NCBI GenBank assembly: GCA_963765495.1
Contig: CAVXWP010000001.1
Location: 1,088,001-1,152,000 of the forward strand
Source of the DNA: Blastocatellia bacterium
GTDB taxonomy: Bacteria > Acidobacteriota > Blastocatellia > UBA7656
Direction: 5' to 3'
DNA length: 64,000 nt
Positions 20,540-30,218 of this stretch are shown here, in pieces. The notes under the pieces are model-generated. The model saw only the letters and a program-made list of their open reading frames with translations. It was not told where the DNA came from and searched no databases. Within the stretch, counting starts at the first letter, position 1; each line of letters opens with the position of its first letter. A program made the position numbers and the translations under genes.

Positions 20540-20601
20540 TCTGTCATGGACGGGAACCGCAATCTCCGCAAACATCAGCCGTATTGTACACAATGTAGGC
20601 G
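20540..20601. repeat. Direct repeat copy B: displaced priA promoter and 5' fragment (MFAEIAVPVH)
   Basis: tctgtcatggacgggaaccgcaatctccgcaaacatcagccgtattgtacacaatgtaggcg. Confidence 0.92.
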
Positions 20602-20641
20602 GGTGGCGAAAGATATTGAAACGATGACTCAAGCCCTGTGA

Positions 20642-20670
20642 TTGCCCTCGCGGTTTTATCTCTCTATAAT
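20642..20670 (+). promoter_or_regulatory. sigma70 promoter of the GNAT gene
   Basis: TTGCCC-N17-TATAAT. Confidence 0.6.
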
Positions 20671-20735
20671 CTGGTTCTGGAGCAGAGGGTGCAACCCCAG
20701 CCCGCTTCTCTTCTTCTCAAAAACAGGTAACTTTA

Positions 20736-21731
20736 ATGGCAACTGTCGCGCTCTTAAATCCTGATACTCGCATATTGCCGCTCGCACAGGCGGACCTCAC
20801 GGGTCTTGAAGCTCTCTTCGATCAACAATGTGCTGAATGGCTCTCTCTGCTCAGATGGGATTACAGCGGGCCGAGCCGCTTGATACGCGAAGTGGCGCGT
20901 CAGCGCGATCTGTCCGGCTTTGTAGCGATGGCTGGAAACACAACTGTGGGCTTTGCCTTTTACGTGCTTGAGAGCAATCGCTGCTCGATAGGCGACGTGT
21001 ATGTTGCTAAATCGTGGCGCAACATGGGTGTGGACCGGCAGATGATCGAAGCCATTCTTGAAAAGCTCAATCACACCCCCCGACTCCGCCGCATCGAAAG
21101 CCAGTGCGTAAGCATAGACAACGATGAGGCGAATCGGCTGCTTGAATCCATAGGCTTTGAGCGCTTTGAACGTCTTTACATGCTGGCTGACCTTGCGCCG
21201 CTCGACAAATTCAAGCCTCGGCCCGAAGTCTCGGAGTATAAAGGCGCGAGCCAGATTGACATAAATATCAGAGGATGGAAAGAGGAAGATTTCGCGCAGG
21301 CGGCCCGGATCATACACGGTTCGTATCGTGGCAAACACGACAGCCGCATCAACAGCCAGTACCGCACGGAAGAAGGTTGCGCCGAACTTCTCTCAATACT
21401 GACCGATCATATCTGGTGCGGCGATTTTCTGCCCCAGGTAACGCGAGTGGCGGTCTCTCGCGCAAGCGGCAACAGGTTGGGCGTGTTGCTGGCCTCGCGC
21501 ATCGCATCGGGCATCGGGCATATCGGGCAGATTTCGATCCTGCCCGCTTATCAGGGGCTTGGCCTCGGATGCCGCCTCGTCACCGAAGCCCTGACAGAAT
21601 TCAAGCAACGCGGTTTCCGCTCTGTGACGCTTGCCGTCACTGCCGCAAACGAACGGGCGTTTCGCCTATATCAATCCACAGGCTTTCGCACGATCCATCA
21701 ATTCCCGGTCTTTTACCGCGAATTAAGATGA
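20736..21731 (+). CDS. Tandem GNAT N-acetyltransferase
   Basis: Two acetyl-CoA motifs (V..SWRNMGV and I.PAYQGLGLG) plus N.RA.RLY...GF. Confidence 0.88.
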   Translation: MATVALLNPDTRILPLAQADLTGLEALFDQQCAEWLSLLRWDYSGPSRLIREVARQRDLSGFVAMAGNTTVGFAFYVLESNRCSIGDVYVAKSWRNMGVDRQMIEAILEKLNHTPRLRRIESQCVSIDNDEANRLLESIGFERFERLYMLADLAPLDKFKPRPEVSEYKGASQIDINIRGWKEEDFAQAARIIHGSYRGKHDSRINSQYRTEEGCAELLSILTDHIWCGDFLPQVTRVAVSRASGNRLGVLLASRIASGIGHIGQISILPAYQGLGLGCRLVTEALTEFKQRGFRSVTLAVTAANERAFRLYQSTGFRTIHQFPVFYRELR

Positions 21732-21760
21732 ACCCGACTATTCATAAAGAGAGATAATTT

Positions 21761-21829
21761 GCCACAGAGGCACCGCAGACACAGAGATTTCTTACAATCT
21801 TTTCTCTGTGTCTGCGGTGCCTCTGTGGC
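21761..21829. repeat. Perfect 27-bp inverted repeat between convergent genes (CCACAGAG-type palindrome)
   Basis: gccacagaggcaccgcagacacagaga-N15-tctctgtgtctgcggtgcctctgtggc. Confidence 0.9.
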
Positions 21830-21857
21830 TATTCTGCGTTTTTACGGATGAACTTGT

Positions 21858-23714
21858 TTACTGGCCCGCGATCACCATGAGCGTTACGGTATTCGATGAT
21901 TTCCCGTCCGCGTTGCGAACCTGAATTGTGTGGTCGCCCGCCTCCCTGAGCATCTTCTTTTCAAATTTGCCTATCAATTCCGTGGTCGTGGCGCTTTCGA
22001 TTTCGAGCGCCACGCCGTCGAAGAGCAACTGGGCGCCCGCGTCAAAATCTGTCCCTTCGACTACGAGCCGGAATTTGTGGGCCTTCTTCAGCGTAGTCAC
22101 AGGATTGAAGATGCGGTTTCTGGTCTTCTTGAAAACCTCGAACGACGAGATGTGCGGAAGGGAATCGCCCGGCGGATTGCCGGACTTCGTTACGGCGAGC
22201 GTCTGCTGATTTGAATGCGTGCCGTCGGGATTCTTTACCTCGATAGAGATTAACCGCTCCGTGGAAGTCGTTCCCGCAGGCAGTATGCCTGAAAGCTCAA
22301 AACGGTCAGCGCCCGGAGTCGTGGGTATCTGGACGCCGTCGGCGAGGATAACGGCTCCCGGTTTCAGGTGTCTCCCTATCAAATCGATGGCGACGGCCCC
22401 GGGTCCGCTCTTTACGCTTGCGGGATGCAGCGGGCCTATGAAAGGCATCGCGTCGCTTCCCGTGCGATGTATCCGATAGATGATGTGGTGATGCTCCGTA
22501 TCAATCCTGTGATGTACCGGATCGTAGCGGACTACGTAGATGTCGCCACTGATTGGATTAATAGCCGTCTCGACCGGGCCGTCGAACGGGTCTATCGGAT
22601 TGAGCCGCGCGATAAATTCATCCTCAATTACCTGGAATCCGTTTGCGGAATCGCCTTCCAGCTTGAGCCTGCGCAGGTCGCCGCCCAGATTTTGTGCGTT
22701 GGGCAGGTTTTTGTAGAGCGTGAGCAATAACTGATTTTCGAACTCGCCCGCCTGCGGCCCGGTGTAAAAGGCGAGCGATGTCGGCGTGAGGTGTCGCGGA
22801 AATTGAGTTATGGGAGCGGTGACCCCGGCGCAGTCGGCTCTTTCAGGCGAAGGCGTTCCTTCGCAAAGCGGGAAACCGTAATTGCCGTTTTGGACTACGT
22901 GATTGACCTCTTCGGGCGGGGCGTTATCGGGCGGGCAGTTGTTGCCCTGGCATATCTCTCCCGATCCGCCGTCGGTAGAAAAGAGTTCTCCGTTAACTGG
23001 ATGAAAGGCCATGCCGAAAGGGTTTCGAAGCCCGGCGGCGAAGACCTCGGGCGCGGGGTTTTCCGCGTCAACATCAACGCGCAGCATCTTGGCGTTTAGC
23101 GGGCCTTCCTGCGGGCGTCCGGGCTTGGCCTCACCGGCGTCGGTGGCCGATCCCTGTCCGAAATAAAGCAGCCCCTCGGGACCGAACTTCAGCCGGTCGG
23201 TCTGATGATCGCCGCCGCTCGGCAGCCCGTCTAGGATTACCTTTATGTCATCGGCAACATCATCCCCGTCAGTGTCTCGCAGGCGGATTATGCTCCCCCG
23301 CCCGTCGTAGGAATTGCTTGTGATAAACAGATCACCGTTGTCTCTGAATTCGAGGCCCAGAAATGCGGAGGGCAGAGGATTTCCCGGATGAATCTCCTTA
23401 TCGGTGATAAATGTCTTTACCTCATCAACGACCCCGTTGTCGTCATTGTCGAGGAGTATGAGAATCTTTCCCGCCGTGGTCCCGACAAACATCCTTCCTC
23501 GCGCATCGAATGCCATGCCGACCGCCCCTGTTACCAGCCCTCTTCCAAACTCTTCTACGTTATGCTGGTCGGCGAATACATTGAACTCAAAACCCTCGGC
23601 TATATTTACCGGGTTTAATTGCGCGTTTGTATGAGCGGGAAAAATTATTGGTGCGAGCGCAAGCGCCAGTATCAAAAACGCGCTCGCCGTCTGTGCAGTT
23701 CTTATCTTGAGCAA
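21858..23714 (-). CDS. Secreted PQQ-dependent sugar/sorbosone dehydrogenase-like beta-propeller with two C-terminal IPT/TIG-like domains
   Basis: Signal peptide, FGPEGLLY, GLRNPFGMAF, NYGFP; C-terminal V.NPDG..SN motifs. Confidence 0.75.
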   Translation of the reverse strand: MLKIRTAQTASAFLILALALAPIIFPAHTNAQLNPVNIAEGFEFNVFADQHNVEEFGRGLVTGAVGMAFDARGRMFVGTTAGKILILLDNDDNGVVDEVKTFITDKEIHPGNPLPSAFLGLEFRDNGDLFITSNSYDGRGSIIRLRDTDGDDVADDIKVILDGLPSGGDHQTDRLKFGPEGLLYFGQGSATDAGEAKPGRPQEGPLNAKMLRVDVDAENPAPEVFAAGLRNPFGMAFHPVNGELFSTDGGSGEICQGNNCPPDNAPPEEVNHVVQNGNYGFPLCEGTPSPERADCAGVTAPITQFPRHLTPTSLAFYTGPQAGEFENQLLLTLYKNLPNAQNLGGDLRRLKLEGDSANGFQVIEDEFIARLNPIDPFDGPVETAINPISGDIYVVRYDPVHHRIDTEHHHIIYRIHRTGSDAMPFIGPLHPASVKSGPGAVAIDLIGRHLKPGAVILADGVQIPTTPGADRFELSGILPAGTTSTERLISIEVKNPDGTHSNQQTLAVTKSGNPPGDSLPHISSFEVFKKTRNRIFNPVTTLKKAHKFRLVVEGTDFDAGAQLLFDGVALEIESATTTELIGKFEKKMLREAGDHTIQVRNADGKSSNTVTLMVIAGQ

Positions 23715-23808
23715 AACGGTGATCTCCCTGATGATGTTTGACCTCTGGTTGCCGGTAGAAAACCATGACTATAGCCTGCCGGATTTCGAAAGCACAATAT
23801 CCTGTCGA

Positions 23809-25281
23809 TCAATCCGGCGCTATTTCGATGGAGAGTTGATTCGAACGCACGCCGTTGGGATTGACTACCTCGACTATGAGCAGCCCCGGCGCGGAGAGAG
23901 TGTCGCCGCGCAGCCGGGCTACGAGTATCGAATCTCCGTTGTCGGATGTCTTGAGCTTGGTCTTCACCTCCCGGTCGTTTATCACCACAACCGATGCGTC
24001 AACAAACCCCTCGCCGGAAACCACCAGTTGATACTTCTTTCCCTTCTTTTTGACCGTCACCGGCTGTAGCAATGCGTGATCGGATTTCTTGCGAACGAGG
24101 GCCGAGGTGATCTCTATCGAAGAGGGCAGCGGGCCGTTCGGATTGGCTATGCGAGCTACGCTTCCTCCAAGCCCGACGACATAAATCTCTCCGTCCCGAT
24201 CCTCGCCGAATGAAGAGATGTTGAGATCGGTATCCAGAAGCACGCTCTCGACGCCGCCGTCGAGCAGGAATATCTCGCCCGTGCAATAATCACCGAAAAC
24301 ATATGACCCGACCGGCAAAGCCCCTTTTGTGCCGCGATAGACATATCCTCCCGTAAGCGAGCATCTCCCTTGCGTGTGCCCGTATTCGGCTATGGGGGTG
24401 GTGAACCCGGCCGTAGAGCACTGGCCGTTATTAAAGCTCGGGTTGCAATGATTTCCTTCCATCACGCGCCAGCCGTAATTTCCGCCGCGCGTGACCTTGT
24501 CAATCTCTTCAAAACTGCCCTGCCCAACGTCGCCCACGTAAAGCTCGCCGGTTGCGCGGTCGAAAGAGAAACGAAACGGATTGCGCAAACCGACTGCGAA
24601 AATCTCATCGCGCCCCGCCGTTCCGTTAAACGGATTATCGGGCGGCGAAGAGTATGCTTGAGCGCCGTTTGGATGATCTACATCAATTCGCAGCATCTTT
24701 CCTAAAAGCTCCTTTATGTTCTGCGCGCGATTGCCGGGATCGTTGGCCGAACCGCCGTCTCCCATGCCGATGTAGAGATAGCCTTCGGGGCCGAAGGCTA
24801 TCATTCCGCCGTTGTGATTGGCAAAGGGCTGCGGAATCGTGAGCAGCACGGTTTCGGCGGGTTCGGCTACATTTGGGTCTTGCGCCGAAACGTGATATTC
24901 GGCGATCACGGTTGCTCCGTCAGGTTCGCGAGTATAGTTGACAAAGAAGCGGCGGTTCTGTTGAAACTGGGGATGAAAGGCGAGCCCGAGCAATCCGCGC
25001 TCTCCGCCGAAATTCACCTTCGAGGTTATATTGAGAAATACGGTCGGGACGGTTGCATCCGCTTGAAGCACTTTTATGCGTCCGGGCTGTTCGACTACGA
25101 ACAGGCGGTTGCTTGCATCGGTCGCGTGCGTAACAAATACGGGATTGTCCAGCCCGCCAAGCACGGGCACGAGCGTTATATCTACGGCAGCGGCAACCGA
25201 GGCTTTTCCATCACGGAAGAGTGTGGAGCCATAAGCGGCGACAATCGCCATAGAGATCAGAATCATTCTCGCCCTTTTCAT
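23809..25281 (-). CDS. Secreted PQQ-dependent sugar dehydrogenase (GSDH family) with C-terminal IPT-like domain
   Basis: [34 protein letters not shown] and ISSFGED motifs. Start taken at MKRAR. Confidence 0.88.
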   Translation of the reverse strand: MKRARMILISMAIVAAYGSTLFRDGKASVAAAVDITLVPVLGGLDNPVFVTHATDASNRLFVVEQPGRIKVLQADATVPTVFLNITSKVNFGGERGLLGLAFHPQFQQNRRFFVNYTREPDGATVIAEYHVSAQDPNVAEPAETVLLTIPQPFANHNGGMIAFGPEGYLYIGMGDGGSANDPGNRAQNIKELLGKMLRIDVDHPNGAQAYSSPPDNPFNGTAGRDEIFAVGLRNPFRFSFDRATGELYVGDVGQGSFEEIDKVTRGGNYGWRVMEGNHCNPSFNNGQCSTAGFTTPIAEYGHTQGRCSLTGGYVYRGTKGALPVGSYVFGDYCTGEIFLLDGGVESVLLDTDLNISSFGEDRDGEIYVVGLGGSVARIANPNGPLPSSIEITSALVRKKSDHALLQPVTVKKKGKKYQLVVSGEGFVDASVVVINDREVKTKLKTSDNGDSILVARLRGDTLSAPGLLIVEVVNPNGVRSNQLSIEIAPD

Positions 25282-25482
25282 AAGGCACCTCTTTTTACTG
25301 CACTCAGCGTCCGGCACAGGACCATGTTTTTTGGGGAGAGATAGAGCGCAACAGCCGATGATTATTTCTCGATTTACAGCCTTTGCGATTCGCCCGGGAC
25401 AGTCGAAAGGCTTGAGTAATACTAGCCGCCGTCTTTGGAATTGTCCACTGAATGAATTGGAGAACGGGGCTTTTTGACAGGA

Positions 25483-26358
25483 TTAACAGGATTTCATGTC
25501 ACGGGTTCGCTCGATGGACAGTATGCGCGGGATGCCTTGCAGGTCGGCTGTGACTTCGGCTTCACTCCACAGGGCAGGATCAATCATAGCGCGAATCCGG
25601 TCGAGCTGCTTGTAGCCGATTTCGCAAACCATGTAGCCTCCCGGCATCAGGTATCGGGGGGCTTCGGCAAACAGGCGATGATAAAAATCGAGCCCCTCCG
25701 CGCCGCCGTATAAGGCAAGACCCGGCTCCCAGTCCCGCACCTCGCGTTGAAGCAAGGCCAAATCCTCTGCGCTGACGTAAGGCGGGTTTGACACAAGAAA
25801 ATCAACTCTGTTTTCAAGCCCACGATCTACAAGTCCGTCAAGCAAATCGCCTTCGATAAACTCGATCCGATCAGCTACCCGGTGATTGTGAGCATTCGCG
25901 CTCGCAACCTTGAGCGCCGCCCCTGATATGTCGATTGCCATTACACGAGCGGTTTTGAGCTTTACGGCGAGCGTCACGGCTATCGAGCCCGATCCCGTGC
26001 CGATGTCAACTATCAATGGATCGTCCTGCCGCGAGAGCGCGAGCACGCGTTCGACTAGAAACTCGGTTTCGGGGCGTGGGATCAAAACATCCGGGTTGAC
26101 GATGAAATCGAGCCCGTAAAATTCCTGATGACCTGTAATGTACTGTAGCGGCTCGCCCGAAGCGCGCCTGTCAATAAGGCTCAAATACTCTCCGAGCCGC
26201 GCTTGATCAACTTCCATATTCGACTCAATGAGCAGGCGGGCGCGGTCCATCCCCAACACATGCCCGAGCAATACGCCTGCGGTGCGGCGATCTTCGTCTA
26301 CGCCGCAGGCGCGCAGCCGACTGGCTCCCGTGTCAATGGCTTGAGTTATAGTAGGCAA
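25483..26358 (-). CDS. prmC: Release factor glutamine methyltransferase
   Basis: EPLQYI, LIPRPETE, DIGTGSG and SNPPY; directly downstream of prfA. Confidence 0.95.
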   Translation of the reverse strand: MPTITQAIDTGASRLRACGVDEDRRTAGVLLGHVLGMDRARLLIESNMEVDQARLGEYLSLIDRRASGEPLQYITGHQEFYGLDFIVNPDVLIPRPETEFLVERVLALSRQDDPLIVDIGTGSGSIAVTLAVKLKTARVMAIDISGAALKVASANAHNHRVADRIEFIEGDLLDGLVDRGLENRVDFLVSNPPYVSAEDLALLQREVRDWEPGLALYGGAEGLDFYHRLFAEAPRYLMPGGYMVCEIGYKQLDRIRAMIDPALWSEAEVTADLQGIPRILSIERTRDMKSC

Positions 26359-26359
26359 G

Positions 26360-26474
26360 GTGATTTGTGAAGAGTGATACGTGAAGAGTGATGCGTGAGA
26401 TTTGCAATCAGCCTGTAAATGCCATCTGTAAATGCAATTTCCTGAAAGTCACGAATCACGAATCACTCTTCACG
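26360..26474 (-). repeat. GTGA/TCAC heptamer-armed element (copy 2, diverged core)
   Basis: gtgatttgtgaagagtgatacgtgaagagtgatgcgtga ... cctgaaagtcacgaatcacgaatcactcttcac between prfA and prmC. Confidence 0.8.
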
Positions 26475-26477
26475 TGG

Positions 26478-27557
26478 TTACGCAGCGGCTTCCGTATCGG
26501 CCTTGAGCTTTTCGGCCTGAAAGTGGGCGACGAGCGCGTCTATCAGATCGCTGATGTCGCCTTCCATAAACGTATCCAACTGGTGAACCGTGTAACCTAT
26601 GCGATGATCGCTCACGCGATTCTCTTTGAAATTGTATGTGCGAATCTTTTCTGAGCGGTCGCCTGATCCGACCATAGACCGGCGTTCGCTGGCTATGGCT
26701 TCGTGCTGCTTGCTCTGCTCCATTTCGAGAAGCCGCGACCTCAACACCCGCATGGCCTTTTCGCGGTTTTTGATCTGAGATTTCTCGTCCTGCATCGAGA
26801 CGACCGTATTCGTAGGCAGGTGCGTCAGCCGCACTGCCGAATAAGTGGTATTGACCGACTGGCCGCCCGGACCCGACGAGCAGAAGGTATCTATGCGAAG
26901 GTCTTTCGGGTCTATCTGAATGTCTACCTCTTCGGCTTCGGGAAGTATGGCGACCGTCACGGCCGATGTATGTATGCGGCCCGAGCTTTCCGTCTGAGGA
27001 ACGCGCTGCACGCGATGAACGCCGGATTCGTGCTTGAGTTTGGAAAATACGCGGTCGCCTTCGATCAGCAATATGGCTTCCTTGACTCCGCCTATGCCGG
27101 ATTCGGAGGCGTCGAGCACCTGGACCCGCCATCCTTGCCGTTCGCTGTAACGCGAATACATTCGCATGATCTCGGCGGCAAAAAGCGTAGCCTCGTCGCC
27201 GCCGGTGCCCGCTCTTATTTCGAGTATGACGTTCTTTTCATCATTCGGGTCTTTGGGCACAAGCAGGACTTTAAGCTCCTCTTCGACCTCCGAGAGCCGC
27301 TTTTCAAGATCTTCGAGTTCTGTGCGCGCAAGTTCGAGCATCTCAGAATCTTCTTCCGCTTCCAGAAGCTCTCTGGTTTCAGAGATGCCGCGATCAAGCG
27401 CCTTGTACTCGCGATACTTCGCCACGACTTCTTCCAGTTCGCGGTGCTGCTTTGCGATCTTGGCATACTTCTGCTGGTCGGCCAGCACTTCAGGGTCGCC
27501 AAGTTGCTTTGCGATGTCTTCGTATCTCTCTTCTATTGAATCCAGTTTTTCTAACAT
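26478..27557 (-). CDS. prfA: Peptide chain release factor 1
   Basis: GGQ motif (SGPGGQSVN), PxT motif (VPQTE), EIRAGTGG. Confidence 0.97.
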   Translation of the reverse strand: MLEKLDSIEERYEDIAKQLGDPEVLADQQKYAKIAKQHRELEEVVAKYREYKALDRGISETRELLEAEEDSEMLELARTELEDLEKRLSEVEEELKVLLVPKDPNDEKNVILEIRAGTGGDEATLFAAEIMRMYSRYSERQGWRVQVLDASESGIGGVKEAILLIEGDRVFSKLKHESGVHRVQRVPQTESSGRIHTSAVTVAILPEAEEVDIQIDPKDLRIDTFCSSGPGGQSVNTTYSAVRLTHLPTNTVVSMQDEKSQIKNREKAMRVLRSRLLEMEQSKQHEAIASERRSMVGSGDRSEKIRTYNFKENRVSDHRIGYTVHQLDTFMEGDISDLIDALVAHFQAEKLKADTEAAA

Positions 27558-27581
27558 AAATCCTCTGCTGATCGGCTCGGG

Positions 27582-28676
27582 TCAGGCCAGGGGCGCGGGC
27601 TCGTGTTCGCGTGAAGGCTCAAGTTTGAGCGATTCATTTAAGGCGAAGATGGCCACTTCCAACTGCTCGTCGTCCGGCTCTTTCGTCGTGATATTCTGGA
27701 GCCAGATTCCCGGCCTCGTAATCACCGAGAAAAACCATTGGGCGCGGCTGCGCGCCGAAGCCCGGATGATCTCGTAGGACGCGCCCGCAATCACCGGCAT
27801 AAGCCCCAGGCGCACGAGGAAATTTAAGAAGAGCGAATCGAATTTCACTGCCGAAAACGCTATGATCGAAACCAGCATCACGATCATCAGAAAGCTTGTG
27901 CCGCAGCGCGGATGCTGGCGCTGCTTTGTGCGCGCGTTCTCTACGGTCAAGGCTTCGCCCGCTTCCCAGGTGTAGACTACTTTATGCTCCGCCCCGTGAT
28001 ATTCAAAGACGCGGCGAATGTCGCGAAGAAATGAGAAGCTTGTGATCATGATGAGAAAGAACGACATGCGAATGAGGCCGTCAACAAGATTGAAGGCTAC
28101 CGACGGGCGAATCGGGTGCAGCGCCGCCTGAATCCAGGCCCACGCGTCCCCGTACCATGTGCCGCTTGCGGAAGCCGCTCCGATAGTTCCTCCGCTGAAA
28201 TAGACAAAGAGCATGTTTGTGATGACAAGCGGCAGGACTATGAACAAAAACACGTTGAATATGACGGCGAAGACCATCGAGCCGAGCGCAGCCGAAGTAG
28301 AGGTTTTCTTCTCCGCGACGGGCTTCGTTTTGGTAGCGACCGCGACCGGCGCTGCCGCGATTATGCCTGACGTAGCGGCTGCCGCCTGTAGCTCGGCCTC
28401 TTCCAGGGCTTCGCTTTCTGCTTCGTGAAATACTACGTTGGCCGAATAGTTGAGCGCCTTTATGCCCAAAATCATGGATTGAATCAACACGGCAGCCCCG
28501 CGAAGCACAGGCAGTTTCAGGATAGGATACTGATCGGAGAGCACGGGTAATCGCTCGCCTTTTGAAACTATTTTGCCGTCGGGACGGCGCACGGCGACCG
28601 CATACGAATGCGGGGCGCGCATCATAACGCCTTCGATGACGGCCTGCCCGCCGACTATGATCTCTTCTTCCCTCAT
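27582..28676 (-). CDS. DUF1385 (YqhQ-like) membrane protein
   Basis: [18 protein letters not shown] and HPRCGTSF; rpmE-DUF1385-prfA synteny. Confidence 0.9.
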   Translation of the reverse strand: MREEEIIVGGQAVIEGVMMRAPHSYAVAVRRPDGKIVSKGERLPVLSDQYPILKLPVLRGAAVLIQSMILGIKALNYSANVVFHEAESEALEEAELQAAAATSGIIAAAPVAVATKTKPVAEKKTSTSAALGSMVFAVIFNVFLFIVLPLVITNMLFVYFSGGTIGAASASGTWYGDAWAWIQAALHPIRPSVAFNLVDGLIRMSFFLIMITSFSFLRDIRRVFEYHGAEHKVVYTWEAGEALTVENARTKQRQHPRCGTSFLMIVMLVSIIAFSAVKFDSLFLNFLVRLGLMPVIAGASYEIIRASARSRAQWFFSVITRPGIWLQNITTKEPDDEQLEVAIFALNESLKLEPSREHEPAPLA

Positions 28677-28712
28677 AATTTATAGCCTCCGGCAATCAAA
28701 CGCCTGCAAAAA

Positions 28713-28775
28713 AATATTGGTTGCCGGATGCCGCTTTATACATGTTGATACTTGCGGCATTCGGCAACCAATATT
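28713..28775. repeat. 22-bp inverted repeat between rpmE and DUF1385
   Basis: aatattggttgccggatgccgc ... gcggcattcggcaaccaatatt (one mismatch). Confidence 0.75.
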
Positions 28776-28789
28776 CGGTTGTTAATTGC

Positions 28790-29002
28790 TTAAGCTTCGG
28801 CGGACTTGCGCCCGTATTTCCGGTTGAATCGTTCAACGCGCCCGGCTGTGTCAACGAGCTTTTGCTTGCCCGTGAAGAAGGGGTGGCAATTCGAACAGAT
28901 TTCAAGCCTGATTTCTGGCCTGGTCGAGCGCGTCTCCCAGGACTCGCCACAAGCGCAATGCACGGTCGTCTTCTGGTATTTCGGATGTATATCTGGCTTC
29001 AC
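28790..29002 (-). CDS. rpmE: 50S ribosomal protein L31 (Zn-binding type); GTG start
   Basis: MKPDIHPKY...CACG...[13 protein letters not shown]. Confidence 0.95.
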   Translation of the reverse strand: MKPDIHPKYQKTTVHCACGESWETRSTRPEIRLEICSNCHPFFTGKQKLVDTAGRVERFNRKYGRKSAEA

Positions 29003-29051
29003 CTTGTTACCCTCGCTCCTGTTACAAGTTTGTCTTCGGTCGAAACACTTA

Positions 29052-29081
29052 AGACTAACCAATCCCCCGCTTATCTGTCAA
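29052..29081 (-). promoter_or_regulatory. sigma70 promoter of the rpmE operon
   Basis: TTGACA-N18-TAGTCT on the minus strand. Confidence 0.6.
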
Positions 29082-29119
29082 GGAGGGTTCTCGCTTCTGA
29101 AGATTTCGATGATTTGGAG

Positions 29120-29159
29120 AAAAAAATAGGCGACGCAGCGTGGGAAGACTGCGTCGCCT
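29120..29159 (-). terminator. Rho-independent terminator
   Basis: 11-bp GC-rich stem followed by ATTTTTTT on the minus strand. Confidence 0.8.
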
Positions 29160-29243
29160 TGTGTCCGGTTACCGTCCTCACCCCGGTAACCGAAGAATCG
29201 AGAACAGGAAGTGATGTTGTCATCACCCGTATCTCTTGCCCCA
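29120..29243 (-). ncRNA. Candidate sigma54-dependent small RNA (~125 nt, three hairpins)
   Basis: Lies between a -24/-12 promoter and an intrinsic terminator. Stems GTGATG/CATCAC, CGGTTACCG/CGGTAACCG and AGGCGACGCAG/CTGCGTCGCCT. Confidence 0.65.
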
Positions 29244-29253
29244 CCCACCCTTG

Positions 29254-29270
29254 TGCAATCAGGATGCCAA
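29254..29270 (-). promoter_or_regulatory. sigma54 (-24/-12) promoter
   Basis: TTGGCATCCTGATTGCA has the exact GG-N10-GC spacing of TGGCAC-N5-TTGC. Confidence 0.75.
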
Positions 29271-29550
29271 AAAACCGGATTACTCGTATCGGGTATAAAG
29301 GACCGGTTTTTCGCAAACTTTCCCGCTTTTTCAATAGCCTTTCCTTCCCTGTAGAGAATGGTTGCGTGTAAAAAATACATATTTTGGATGAAATTTTTAC
29401 TTGCATCCTGTGTAATTTCTCTAACTATTCTACGCGAAGGCCTTCGATTGTAGCGGAGCTGCGCTGAAATTTAAGACGCAAAAACGAGCGCCCGGCTTGT
29501 TCTGGTATTGGACGGGATCAACATCGCTTCCGCGTGTTATACTGAAATCA

Positions 29551-30165
29551 ATGCGCATTTTGCTTGCAACGACAAACAGGGGAAAGATCAGAGAGCTTAA
29601 ACAAATACTCGGTCAAGAGGGGCTTGAAGTGATTGGTCTGGACAAACATGTCACTACGGAAGAGCTTGAGGTCGGCTCGACATTTGCCGAAAACGCCCTT
29701 CTAAAAGCCCGTCACTATCACCTGGCGACAGGGTTCGTAACGATCAGCGATGATTCCGGTCTCGAAGTTGACGCGCTCGGCGGCGCGCCCGGCATCGCTT
29801 CGGCCCGCTACGCCGGACCCGAAGCATCGGACCACGACCGTATAAACAAATTGCTCGGCGCGCTCGAAAACGCAGGGGAGGGCGAGCGGGGTGCGCGTTT
29901 TGTATGTGCGGCTGCGATCAGATGGAGCAGTGGCGAGCGCGTATTTGAAGACGAGGCTCGCGGGCGCATACTGAGGGAGCCTCGCGGTGACGGCGGGTTC
30001 GGTTACGATCCCGTATTTTACTATCCGCCGCTTGATCGGACTTTCGCGCAATTGAGCGAGGAAGTGAAGGCGAAAGTCAGCCATAGAGGGCTCGCTTTTC
30101 GCCGTCTTGCCGACTGGTTAAAGCAGTCTGCCTTGCTTGACACCTTAAAGCGGTCTGAGAAATAA
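29551..30165 (+). CDS. rdgB: Non-canonical purine NTP pyrophosphatase (HAM1 family); start corrected to 29551
   Basis: ATTNRGK, SDDSGL, PGI.SARYAG, GFGYDP and SHRG motifs. Confidence 0.93.
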   Translation: MRILLATTNRGKIRELKQILGQEGLEVIGLDKHVTTEELEVGSTFAENALLKARHYHLATGFVTISDDSGLEVDALGGAPGIASARYAGPEASDHDRINKLLGALENAGEGERGARFVCAAAIRWSSGERVFEDEARGRILREPRGDGGFGYDPVFYYPPLDRTFAQLSEEVKAKVSHRGLAFRRLADWLKQSALLDTLKRSEK

Positions 30166-30218
30166 TAGTCATTCCCACAATAGGATGAAGCCTCTGCTTC
30201 CTCGTTTAGAGGTGATGT

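Noticed and set aside
28721-29406. ORFs 28721-29371 (+), 29071-29406 (-) and 29078-29380 (-)
   Set aside because: They overlap rpmE antisense or cross a promoter and terminator, and have no recognisable motifs
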